The position numbers and the translations under genes were made by a program. From Euglena gracilis (lineage: Eukaryota): DNA of 64,000 bases. A model generated the notes under the pieces. That model ran no database searches. It saw nothing but the letters and a program-made list of their open reading frames with translations, and was not told the DNA's origin. The stretch is from the NCBI GenBank assembly GCA_039621445.1, contig CP154954.1, positions 44,805,847-44,869,846 of the forward strand. Reading direction: 5' to 3'. This document shows, piece after piece, positions 12,501-24,552 of this stretch (positions are counted from its first letter, which is position 1; each line of letters starts with the position of its first letter).

Positions 12501-15500
12501 TTGGGATATTATTTTTGCCCAAAAATGGTCAAAATTCGGAACAGAGCGCGGAACGGAAAAAAAACGACCCGGGGTGGGGTGCCGCCTAGGGTCGGTCCTG
12601 CACCTTGGTCCTGCACCTAAACCAACCCTCCGAATTGAATACTTGCCCAGGGGCTGTAGCGTGCAAATAACGATGATATGGCTCAAAATAATTGCCGGGT
12701 TGCTGGGAAAAAGGCATGAAAAAATATGAGCACATCCATGGAAAGACACAAAAATGCACCAGAATGGACTCAGAATTGAATTATTCATTACCTCAAAAGC
12801 TGAAAAAAAAAGCGTACAATGAATGAACGCCGAAAAGCAAAAAAAAAAAACGATGACTGCTCAGGCGAATCCCATGTCACTGGACCTGAGATAACTGACA
12901 TTTCATGTCGCCCAAAAATTCGCGCATTAATGTTTTGACCCAACCAATGTCATCTCCGCATCCAGCAAACTTGGCTGGGGTCGGACCCTGTCGCTTTCCT
13001 TCTGTTGCTGTCTGGCACAGGACTGCATGAGACACAGGGGGAGAAGAGGAGTGGGAGGAGCTGGGTCAGAAACGTTTCTTCGACCCATTTCCAGGGAGGG
13101 CACGGCCGGCGCGGAGTGGGATGAGGAGGCATACTGAATCTGGCACCATTTTCATTTCCCGGCGATGGAACAGACCTAGAATTACAGCCCTCTGCCCAAT
13201 GTTTGCTTCAAGGATTCCCAAAAAAACCGTCCCAATCCCCAGGGGGGGTCACTCCACTTTCAACTAACCAGTCAGTCACTTTTCAAAAACCAGTCGCCCA
13301 CTTCCCACCCCCCCCCCCCTAGGGTGTTGGTCACTTGGCCACTAAGCCAAAAGTGGTACCCCCACATAATTTTCCGGCACCTTTGGCGCTGGGTGGCCAC
13401 TATCAGCCATTCCTGGCAGACCCCATCCCAGGAGGGGGGTCTGGAGCCAAAAATCAGTCAGTCACCCCAAAAAAAACCAGACAGGCAGCCCCCTTAGATG
13501 CACTTTGGCTTCTGTCTGGTTTAAGGCCTGGCGCTGCATTCCGCTTCTGGCCCTTTCTTCGGAGCAACTCCCAATAATTGTCCGACCCCAGACAGGCAGC
13601 CCCCCCGGGAGGTGGGGTTGGACGCATCTTAAGCAATGGTATGGTGGGGAGGGTATACCCCTTTGCCGCATTCTGGCGTGAAGCCCACTCGTGGGCTGGC
13701 TCGAAGGCAGCCCTGCCTGGAGTAGGGCGTTCGGGTCTTCATCCCACGCAATGCTTTTGGGCCGCTCTCGTTCCGGCACCATTGGCAGAGGGGGCGAGCA
13801 GATCAAACCCCCCAACTTTGTGGTCATCTCACCACTGCAAATTCGCTTTCTAAAAATGAGATTTGGAAGAATCAAGGGTTCAGTAAAATGGTGCTACTCA
13901 AAATTTCATCAAAGTGCCAAAAGGGTTCTCTGGCGTCATTTTTTTACATTTTTTATTTTTATACAAGAAAGCCCGCAAAATGACAAAATTCATAAAGTCG
14001 TTTTTTTTGTGTTGGAAATTGACAACCCCTGAACGTGCCCCCCCCCCCAAAGGCGTTGAAAGAATAATGACATAAAATTTTTGGGAGATCCCATCATCAC
14101 TTCTGTTTCCTGTAATCCAAGGCTGTAAACCACCCCACTTACAATCTGCATGGGCCCATCCTCGACTTTTAACTCGAGAGGAAAAATGAAGAAGCAGAAA
14201 GACAAACCGCACAAAAGTCGCGAAGTGCGACGAAACATCGCGTGCTTCCTCGGGTTTTTTTTTTAAACAAAAACCCATCTAATTACTCAACTACCCCGCC
14301 AAAAGCCCAGCGAAAAAGGGCACAGGTGCGGACTCCTGCACACTTCCCACTCATATCTCTCACTCATTCCCCTCCAGGGCGAACCGCCAAACCGTGTCGT
14401 ATGACCCCTGGGGGTCATAAATGCGGATTTAACATGTCAGATGGACCACTGACCGCTCAAAGCAGGGTCCTGGGTCTGAACTCCACGCCAAACGCATCAA
14501 GTCACCACGTCCTACAATTGCTGTTGGGGACGGCAATTGTTTGATGAGGCTTGCTGGTCCGTTGCACGCCCTGAACCGCAAGCAGTGGGGAAAGAAACGC
14601 CTCCCATGCGGAACCCTTTGCGTGGGCCCGGCCCTTTTGGTCCGCTGTCCCCGTGCCATCCCCAAGACAGGGGGAGGGGTGGGGCCCCAGCCGCACCGCA
14701 GCCCGGCGCACCCCCGGCCAGGGCCCCGTAGATCGGGGTCAGGCTGGGCGGGTCTGCAGTGGGGGTTGGGTCGTCCTCCGCCTCTGTTGTTGTTGTGGCT
14801 GAGGAGGAGGCCGGGGCCACGCTTCCGTTCCCGGCGCGTCCCAGAGCGCGTGGGGGGATGGCGACCGAGGGGTCGACAGGGGGACGATGGCCGGAGAAGG
14901 GGAGCCTGGGCGGGGGGAGCTGCAGGGTCAGGGGGACGGGGTCCGGGCTGGACCACATCGCCGGGACGTAGTCCCAGTCCCAGTTGGGGCCGGGCTGTTC
15001 GCCCTCCGGGACCTCGGCAGGCCCGGTCCCCCACACAACACAATGGTTTGGTGGGCATCCATGGTTTGGTGGGATCCCGCCCTGGCCAGCCCCGCTCTCT
15101 CTCAATGGGGTCTCCAACGTGGTCGACCCAAATGTGTGATGGGCTGCGGCCACCGTCACGGGGGGGGGGGGCTAGATGGTCGCGCGCATTCGGAGCGAGC
15201 CTGAAGTGCCCCCCCCCCCCCGACAGGTCAACAGCCATGCCAATCCCACACTGCCAGCGACTATCCAACGAGACAGACACATGACAAATCACCCCCGCTA
15301 CCAATGTGGCCCTGGCCTGGGCTACGTTGCGGCCTTCCGGGACGGGCCCAGGGTTCCATATAAAGGCAGGACGGAGGGTTGGACCCCCCCTCTGGCCCAG
15401 CAGGGGGGGGCACCCCCCTCCTGTACAGTGGCGCAGTCCGGATGACCGAATTTCGGCCTGAGGAAAGCGCCGGGCCGAAAATTTTGCACCCCAAAATTCC

Positions 15501-15990
15501 AATTTTGGGGCATTTTTTTTTGGGCAAAAAAAATGGCACAAAATTTTCGGCACAAAGCGCCGGAAGGGAAAATTTGACCTTTTTGGGGGTGTCCCGAGAC
15601 CCACCCCGGGGTCAGTCCGGGGGGGTGTCCATACCCCTCCACCGGTCCGGGAGGGGGGCACTCCCCTCCTCTAGCCCATACACCCTCCTTATATCGAGCC
15701 CTGGGCGGGCCCCCACCACCGCTGGTCGTCCTCCCACTCCCGCCCCGGCTCCGGCTTCCCGTTCTGGAACCGCCTCCGCCGCTCCAGCGCCTGCAGCGTC
15801 TTCTGCCGGCCTGTCAGTTCCGGCGGTGCGCCACTGCCCGCGGGCGGGGGCAGCTCGGGAGGGCCGGACATGGGGGGCCCTGGTGTGGGTGGGGACAGGA
15901 GGATGAGGGCTTGAACTGGCTTGAACTTGCCATCCAGTTCAAGCACCTTCCCGCCTCCGACACAATACCCTGAACGGAACGGGACCATGT
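5490..15990 (-). CDS. Putative multi-exon gene, protein of unknown function. Exons approx. 15990-15905, 15830-15707, 15343-15323, 15012-14720, 12103-12012, 11815-11720, 9825-9625, 8450-8280, 7620-7545, 7400-7295, 6680-6605, 6320-6115, 5600-5490
   Basis: GC3-rich open segments on the minus strand (e.g. [94 protein letters not shown]). The junctions at 15707/15343/15012 join in frame. No family recognised; gene ends uncertain. Confidence 0.55.
8575..9572. repeat. About 1-kb (TACA)n/(TATG)n microsatellite in five alternating-orientation blocks
   Basis: Read directly; orientation switches at self-complementary tacgta/gtac junctions. Confidence 0.95.
11173..11633. mobile_element. Degenerate hAT-like MITE
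   Basis: cagggcgggatttaa / ttaagctgcgccctg; flanks gcgtcacc / acgccagc (5/8). Confidence 0.6.
15344..15706 (-). mobile_element. Nonconventional intron consisting of one hAT-like MITE (element 15349-15703)
   Basis: TIRs cagggttccatataaagg / ccttatatcgagccctg; flanks gacgggcc / ggcgggcc (7/8); same family as 26421-26920. Removal joins [11 protein letters not shown] in frame. Confidence 0.8.
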
Positions 15991-16461
15991 GCTGTGCGGC
16001 GGAAAATGGGCCCATGCGTGTTTGCGACATGACAGGGGATGGCGGGAAGAAAATGTGGCTGAATTCATCCATGTGAAGCAAAATGTGGGGATTTGAATAT
16101 GCTGGGCCGAAGAAGCCGTGTGGGCATCCTGGCCTGCGTCCTCAGTAAAGCTCTTGCACTTCACGGGATACGAGGCAAAATGTGCACTCGGACACTTGCA
16201 CATGACGTACCACCTGAGGGCAAACCATTCCACACATGCATACCGTACAAGGTGACTCAAGAACATCACTTGAGCGCCGGCCAACTCCTCCACACAATTA
16301 TGGGGGAACACGCCCTGATCCACCGGAGCAATCTGACACGCAGCACGCTGCTGAATGGGTCAAACTTCTCGTCCGTGAGGTCAGCAGGGTCACACATGAT
16401 TCTGGGTACGACGGTCGGGTGGGGTTCAGTGTGGGAAGGGCCCGCTGGGTCGGCGGGGGCC

Positions 16462-18711
16462 TCAGTTGGACTTCTTGCCGGCGGCGGGCCGGGCCGCCGG
16501 GCCGCCCGCCGCGGCCCCGGCCGCGGCGCCCTGCTCCCCCTCGCGCGCTGCCTCCTGCTTGGCCGCCCCGCCGCCGCTCACCAGCATCATCGTGACGCAC
16601 ATCAGGATCATGAGCCACTGCGGCGGCCGGCCGGGCGGGCCGGGTGCGGGGAGCGCGCGACGGGGCGTGGTTTAGGCCACGTCTCCGAGGTTTCCAGACA
16701 CGATTTCGGGGGCTTTACGTGGTTTCTGGGAAAACGTGTTCATAAAATTTTAATAATTTAAAATTTTAACAAATGGGCAGGTGTGATTGTGCGTAAATTT
16801 ATGTGGCACGTCTTTTATATGAATTAAGTGGAAATTCAGGGTCCATACACACACACACACACACACAATCTTGCTTATTTATTCTTTCTAATAAATATTG
16901 CTTCCAATTTTAAGTTAGGTCGTTTTTGAACTTACATTTTTACAATAAAAATGTGTGAAATGCCCTGCATCACCTGGGGGATCAAAGCCAAACCCCCTTT
17001 TCTGGCCAAATCGTCCACACCTCTCTACAGGTTCCACAGGCAAGGCACCTTCTACTGGAGGTTTGCTCAGCCCCCCCCGAATGACACAGATAACCGTGGG
17101 GGGGCACTGCCATCCTCCAGGCTGGGCAGTCCCCCCCCCCCGGAGGAGCGGCTCATATGGCTGGCAGTTTGTTTCCTCCCGTGGACACGGCTTCCCACCA
17201 GGCCTCCTCCCCCCAGACCACCTCAGGGCACCGGCAGAGACCGACCTGTGACTGAACAGAGGCCACCGTCCATGAGGGACGCAGTGGAACCCAGCCCTGC
17301 CCCGCCCACCGGAGCCCAACCCAACCCCACTCCACCGCACACCACACGGGGGGGGGCACACGTATTTCTGGAAGAAAGACTTCTCCTCCTGCGGCGGCTG
17401 CCCTGGGCCCTGTGCACCGCCCTGGCCCGGCGCTTGCTCCCAGGGGTTGGCTTGCACTTCTTCCTGGTCCGGGGGGGGGGTCCCGCGGGCCGGCCGGGAA
17501 GAGGTGCTGGCTGGACCCCCCCTGGAGGTGGGGGGATGGGGGGGGGGGCGGGTCCGGTCGGGTGGCAGCTACTCTCAAAAACAGGCAAAAAAAGCCCAAA
17601 TCCAGCTGGGCTGGCACTTTTCAGCCAAAAGTTTGGAGGTGAAAAAGCAAAAATCACTCAAACATGCAATTTTTTTTTACCATTCTCACCCAAAAGTTTT
17701 CGGTCCAGCCCGGCTTCGCCAGCTGGCCTGAACTTTATTTCAGCGGACCTGGGGGGCGGGGGGCGAAGCCTGACTGGGAGCTGCTGGCTGGAAAAAAGGT
17801 GGCTGGCTGACTGGACCCCGCAGGGGGGGGGGTCCTTCCAGCTTAAGAAAACCCCTGCTTGCTCCGCCCGGACCCCAACGTACACGTCGTCCGGCACCGT
17901 ACTGTGGGGGGGGGGGGTGGAGCGATGAATCTGCAGTATGGATCCAGCCAACGGTTTTAGGCGGCGGAGAGCCCTGCCGACGGGTTTTGTGGTTGTCCTG
18001 CGACGGCTGCTCGGCAGGGCTCCTGGCGGTCACCTAGCCCCCCCTCCCTCTTGCCCAGAATTCGGTGTAAACTGAAATTGGCAGTGCAGAAGAGAGGCCA
18101 ACCACCACTAAAGCCAGAACGTCGAGAAGCCCACTTCCCAGGTGTGATGGGAGTTGGCCTGGCTTGACCTGTTGCTAGGCGCTGTGGCGCGAATGGAAGC
18201 AATCCCCCCACCTGGGAATACAGCGCACCCACCATCCTCCTCGACGAAAACTTGGCTTTGATTTCAGAAAATGTCTCAAACAATCACCATTGGCACACCA
18301 TTTTGTTCTGTACTTTTGGTTTTCGCCAATGCACGATTTTTTTTTATGTGGGCCGGAGAATTTTCAAAGCACATAGAACATCTTTGCGGGGTGATGCGGC
18401 ATTCGGATGGTTGTGCAAGAGGCCTAGTGGGGGATGACATTTGCAAGAAAACATTCCTTTAACATGGACAATTTTCCTTGACCGACATGAGGAAATTTAG
18501 CCTGGAAGGGGGTGAGACAGGCTTTTTGTTGACGACCTTGTTTGCGCGGGGAGCCCTCGGAGGGCAATCCCTTTTCGGGCAGGCCCCGGGGTACCCACCC
18601 AGCCCAGCGCGGCACCCCCCAAAATGGGCCGTCTCGGGGCATTTCCCAAAAGGAAACTTGGCGCTCCGAATCCCCCCCCCCCTCCTGCGCCCCCGGCCTC
18701 CTACCCCCCCC

Positions 18712-18744
<33 letters not shown>

Positions 18745-20722
18745 GGGGGGGTCTTCTGAGTTAAAAAGAAGCCTGTTTGGGGTGTGGTTTTGGTTTTGAG
18801 CCCGAAATAATTTTCTTTTTTTTAAAATGTCTCGTTCCCCCCCCCCAAAACGTCGTTTTTGGGATTGTGTGGGAACCACCTTAAAACCACCCGAGAACAT
18901 TCTTTAGACCAGGAGGGGTGTTCATCCACCCAGGGGGTAAAAAAAGGGTCCAGGGAACCCATTTCTTTAGGGTCAATTTCGGGACGAAAATTGTTTTGTG
19001 TGATTTGCGATGGAAATAGAGGAAAACTCCCTGTGGGAGGCACTCACTCACCCACCCCGGGGGAGGGGGTCGGGCGAGTTTTTAAAAAGGCCTATTAATC
19101 ACTGTCCAGTTGAGCAGTTGAGGACAAGAATGTGGGGGAGAACATCGAGAGGGGGGTATCGCCCTCCCAGGCTCCACCAGACGGGGGGGGGGGGGGGCGG
19201 CATGGGGGGGGCGGGCCGGAAAGCTGAGGCCCACCACCACGGTGTGCTTGGCCGGGGCGGGCAGGGAGCTGGGGGCGATGGCCGGCCCGGCCCCCGGGAC
19301 GGGGGCCGCCAGGGCCTCGCAGAAATTCTTGCTACCGGCCTTGAGCTTGGCCGCCACGTTCTGCAGCCCTGACAGCGAGGCCAATGGCGCATGGCCCCCA
19401 AGACGCACACAGCCATCACGTCGCGCAGGACTCCCCGGTGTACTTGGGAATGCAGCCAGGGTGGGGGACGTTTTCGGAAGGCGTGCGTGCAGAATGGTGG
19501 GGAAGGCGACGTCCTCGCACCCCACTGGCAAACCCAGCACCGCAGACCCCCCAGACAGAGTTCAGGGAAGCGGTGACCCTGACCTGATGGGCACTGGACG
19601 CAGCACATGACGCCCGGCACAGCAATCAGCCCGGAGATTTTTTTAGGACCCGGTGGGAGAGGGACCCCCCCCCTGTGGGGGTCCCTTTCCCACCGGGGAC
19701 CCATTTTTTAAGGGGGGGGGGGGGCAGTCTTGACTACCCCCCCTTGACTACTCCGGGTAGGTCAACAAAATGCAAAAAAAAAAAAACTGTGACTCAAGCA
19801 CACACCAACCAGCCCAGTGATGGCACCGCCAGCCACCGTGGGATAGAGGTTGTACTGTTCCTTGAATCCCGTGTTGAAGAGCAGGCACTGCAGAAAAACG
19901 GGACCACTACGACAATTCAACCGTTGAATTTGAGCATCTCTGTAACGGTGACATGCTGCGAGGAACACTCACTGATCGTCACCCGGAGCCCCAGAATCAA
20001 AACGAGGAGAAAAAGTGCAAAATCACGAAAATTCAAAAATCACCCCCAAAAAATGCAAAAAAATTGGGACCAAATTTACAAGCACTATACTATACTATAT
20101 GGAATTATGAGGAAAACGTCAGTTTCAAAAAAAATCTCAAAAATGCAGAAATAATCCAAAAAAAAAGTGAAAAAAAAGGGTAAATTTATTTAAAAACAAT
20201 GTGCCAAAGAGGAAAAACCCTGAAAAAATCGAAAAAATGCACAAAAAATGAGGAAAAAGGTGAAAAAAATGCGAAATGCATTCCCCCCCTTCATTGGGGT
20301 CAATTTACATCATAAAAATATATGTCATAGACCAGATCTCAGAGGTTGCCCATGTTCAGCAGTGGCACACAAATGTGGGAGAGAAACTGATTGAGCGACA
20401 TATTCCCTTTTACTGACAACCCTTCATTTGCAATGGAGAACTGCTGCGCAACTAAGAGTGGGGGGCACACTGGAGCAAGAGAAATCATGGTGTAATCGGT
20501 GGACTCTGGAGCCTCGCCGGTGAGGGTTTGAGGCACCCGCAGCAGGTACGCTCCTCCGTCGTTTGCCAGGCGCTGTGCGACAGGGAAACAGGGGCGGAGC
20601 ATGCTTATTATTGCAAATAAATTCATTTTCATTAGATTCATCAAGTTTGTTTTAAACCATATCCATGCAACTCAAAAAAATACCAAGAATCTAACACACA
20701 CTTACACACACCTAAACACACG

Positions 20723-20772
<50 letters not shown>

Positions 20773-20861
20773 GAAACACACCCAGACATACACATACACA
20801 CATGCATATGCATGCACACACACACACCCAACACACAACACCCACAACACACAACACACAC

Positions 20862-20920
<59 letters not shown>

Positions 20921-21711
20921 TGCAACATGGTGCACCATGCGTGGGCACCTTACGTAACTTGCACAACTCGCCTCATTTTTCTTGAGGAATGACCAAGGTT
21001 TGCCCCCGGGCCGAGCCAATGTGTAACACTCAAATTGTGACCGATCGCCCTGCGGGGAACCGTGTGGTCCCCCGGGACACACCACGAGGGCCTCCAGCTG
21101 GCGCCCCTCCCAAGCTGCGAAGGCGGGCTGGAACCGCACCTCCGAGACGCCGCCCGTGACCTTGACGCTGACCTGCGGCGGTCCGGGGTCCGGGGTCCGG
21201 GGGGGGGGTGGCTGCACTTGGGGGTGGTTGCCATGTTGCCCAAGCACCGGAAAAGATGGGCAAGGACTGGGGGGGCGTGAGAAAAACTGGACAGCAAAAG
21301 AATCCAGCACTTCGCCCCGAAAAGGGCAAACTCCTCCCTTGCCGACCCAGTTTTTGTCCATTTTGGCCCACTTTGCCCCCCCCCCCCCGCAAAGGTGAAA
21401 ACCCCGTCACAGCCAAGCTGCCCTTCAGGCGGCGGGGCAGGAAACCACCCCCAAGGATGGGGAGGGGTTCAGGGCTGGAACAAAGAAAAGTAGCCGGTTG
21501 GCTGGACCTCACCCGAACCGCTGCGGACCAACCCTTGCCTGGGCACCAAAAAGAGAGGAATGGACTGGGAATGGGCCAGCAAGGTGGCGTTGAGACGGGG
21601 GGTTGCCAAAATGTGGATTGGGGGTGACGGAGGAAGTGAAGAAAGATCCCACGCTTCACACTGAAAAGCTCTCTCCGGTCCTGTGTCTAAATCGAAGAGA
21701 AAGATTGAAAA

Positions 21712-21775
<64 letters not shown>

Positions 21776-22684
21776 AAAATACATAATGCAAAATACTACA
21801 AAATACATACTACAAAATAACATAATGCTCATAGTGAACACAGAATACTCATCAATTCAACTTTAGAATATTCTTACAAGAATGGAAAAAACATTGGAAT
21901 GGAAAAAATAAAAAAATTGAAATGTGCTCCATCAGAATGCATGCGATAAATATCGTCAAAAATCGTCCTCCCAAAGATGACCTCTGAGAACATGCACATG
22001 GACAGTTAGGAGGTATGTCCCAACCAGGCTTCTTTTTAAGACCCCCGGGGGGGGCGGGGGGGTCCCCCCCACCCAACCAGGGTGGCGCGGGACCCCCCAC
22101 GGGGGGGGGGGGGGGGCGGGGACCCCCCCAAATTGGGCCCGTTAAACGCAATTTTCAAAAAGGTATTCGCGCCGAAAAGGTATACCCGGCGCCTCTGGCG
22201 CGGGACCCCCCCCCCCCCCCCCGGGGGGGTCCGGCCCGGACCCCCCCACCCCCCCCCCCCCCCCGGGGGGGGGGGGGGGTCAGGTTAAAAAGAAGCCTGG
22301 TCCCAACGTCACACCGTTGCTTCGGCAAAAGGAGAAACTATTGCCCTCGCCGCCACAGACCTACTGACCTACTTCGTTCGCGTGCGCAGCCCACTCCACC
22401 CCTGGAGGGAGGGAGCACCTGTCCCTTGGGCTGCCACGTCTGCCCGCCGTCCAGGGAGTGTTCCATGCCGAACGTGGGAGACCTGCGGCGGCGGCCAGGC
22501 GGGTCGTTTGGGGGTGAACCGTTCTGTTTGTTGCCACAAATAAGGCTGGGACTGTGGGAAAACTTTCGGGGTCCGCGCGACAGCGAAATGCCAGGGAAGC
22601 ACACTTTGCAGCCGTGCTGCCCTGGAGGAACAGCAGCCCAAACAGCAGCTGCAGTAGGAGCGACCTGCGCAGCGTGCGTGGCAT
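16462..22684 (-). CDS. EMC10: ER membrane protein complex subunit 10. Exons 22684-22605, 22482-22419, 21172-21083, 20572-20471, 19887-19806, 19368-~19236, ~18033-18005, ~17901-17861, 17465-~17362, 16617-16462
   Basis: Signal peptide MPRTLRRSLLLQLLFGLLFLQG, then MEHSLDGGQTWQPKG, LANDGGAYLLRVP, ISLAPCLLFNTGFKEQYNLY, and EEKSFFQKYWLMILMCVTMMLV (the EMC10 'KSFFxKYW' motif plus a TM helix). Mostly GT-AG introns that join in frame; stop TGA at 16464-16462. Confidence 0.8.
17466..17860 (-). mobile_element. MITE-derived nonconventional intron in EMC10
   Basis: Right end ttaagaaaacccctg; flanks cctggtcc / cttgctcc (6/8); left TIR eroded. Splicing at the 5|3 position of the TSD gives RAEQEEVQ. Interior resembles the repeats at ~2780-2880, 11173-11633, ~43146-43470 and ~48420-48540. 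Confidence 0.6.
20695..20918. repeat. (CA)n-rich microsatellite
   Basis: Read directly. Confidence 0.9.
21710..21773. repeat. (AAAT)n microsatellite
   Basis: Read directly. Confidence 0.95.
22025..22299. mobile_element. hAT-like MITE inside a GT-AG intron of EMC10
   Basis: TIR caggcttctttttaa / ttaaaaagaagcctg; perfect 8-bp TSD gtcccaac (22017-22024, 22300-22307). Confidence 0.9.
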
Positions 22685-22692
22685 GGCGGTCG

Positions 22693-22710
22693 CTGTGAGA
22701 CAGGAAGGCG
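22693..22710 (-). promoter_or_regulatory. Putative spliced-leader trans-splice acceptor of EMC10
   Basis: Minus strand reads ccttcctgtctcacAG, 8 nt upstream of the ATG. Inferred from euglenozoan trans-splicing. Confidence 0.45.
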
Positions 22711-24129
22711 CCCGGGCCCCGGAGGAGAAGACACAGCCCCCAAAGAATTATTGAGCGACGAGTGGCCCAGGCAATGGGAGGGGGAGAGGGGGGCGACGCG
22801 TTGCCAAGGCACACCCAAGGCTAAACCGCCCTTTACATTGGTGGATGGGCCAGCACAAATAATTCCAGAGAGCTTCTCCTCGGATGCCACCCGGCACCCA
22901 GAATAAATAATATTTTTTTTGCCAACCATACTTTTTGTCTACCCTGTTTTAAAAAGGCAAAAAAAAGATACAGAGCGTGCTGCAAACAGAAAAGAGAATG
23001 GTGGGTGGGAGGGCCCTCAAAGGAGACCTCCCCCCCACTGCCCCCAGCGGTGCGGGAGGCCCCTCCACACCCCTCGCTGCCCCGCGGTGCAGGGCGGCCG
23101 CGCCACCGGCCCCCCTCCAGCCTGCCCCCCAAAAACAGGTGGGGGGGGGGAGGTGGGTCGAACCCCCCCCCCCAGTCCACCAGGTTTAGGTGGGGGGGAC
23201 ACCCCCCACCTAAACAGTTTGCGGTCCGGGTGACTGATTTTCGGCCCGGTGCTTCGCGCCGGGCCAAAATTTTTGACCGCCCAAAACGGCCAAAATGCCA
23301 TTTTGGGCACTTTTAGGTGCAAAAATTTGTCAAAAATGCAAAAAAAATGCGGTCCACAGCGCTGGAAGGAAGATTTTGACCTTTTTGGGAGGTCCCAGGT
23401 GTCCTCTGGGGTCGGTCCAGACCCCCCCGGCAAGTGGGGGGAGAATCCAGGGGAGAATAGGGGGGACACCCCACCCACCTAAACCCGTACACCCTCCTTA
23501 AAATTAACCCTGCCGACACCAGGTAAAGAAATGCGGGGGAGGGGGCTGGGTTCCCCTCCGTCCGGAAGGGGTGGGCCGGGTCAGATCCATGGACCCTCCC
23601 TCCCCAAAAGATTTTCCAGCACAAACGGCTGGAATATTTTTTTGGAAGGGGGCTCAAAAAAGGCCAAAATCGCGGTTTCCCGCACACTTTGGCCAAATTT
23701 TTTTGAAAAAAAAATCGGCCGAAACATACACCAAAATTTTATCCTCTTCGGCAAACAGCACTGGAGATAAAACTTTGGTTCCAGGGGGGTCCCAGACCCT
23801 CCCCTTGGATCTTAAGGGGGGAAGGGGGGGTCTAGACCCCCCTCCCCCTGTGCAAAACCAACTGTCACTGAACGCCCTGCGCGGCTCCCACAGTCAACCT
23901 ACCCAGGGGGTTGTACCGGAAGAACACGTGGGGGGGAGGGCCCCAACCCACCCACCACAGCACTGAGCAACCAACACATGAACACCGGTGCCCCCCGAAA
24001 GAACGGGAAGGGCTGGGGGAGGTCCACCCACCACCAATAAGGTTTCTGCGATTCTGCCCACGCCCCCCCCCCCAGCACAAAGCCCAGGGAGCAAGACCGC
24101 AAAACACAACAAAAGTCCCGATTTGAGCA

Positions 24130-24517
24130 CCGCCGGCCCGCCGCGCGATGCAGGCGGGCCGCGGAGGGAGACACGCGGGAGAGGGCCCCGGCGGGGGATA
24201 GCGCCCTCACCGGGGCAGCGCATGAGGACGCAGGGCTCCGGGCGGTCGCGCACCGGAGCGCCTCATGGCTGGCGGTGGTGGGGTCCGAAATAGATGAGGG
24301 GGGGGTATGTCGCAGGGGCGGGGCCATGCTGGATGCGTTTCTGCTTGGGGGAATGGGTCCGGCCAGCCGCCAGCACCTTTTCCACCAAAAGGGACAGAAA
24401 CGAACTCCGGGTGCTAATGTGTGTTTGGGTGATGAGTCGTAACGTGTGTGTTCTGTGCCCTTCTGTGCACCGTTGTGTGTGCGTGCGTGCGCGTGCGGGT
24501 GTTGTGTGTTGTGCGCA

Positions 24518-24552
<35 letters not shown>

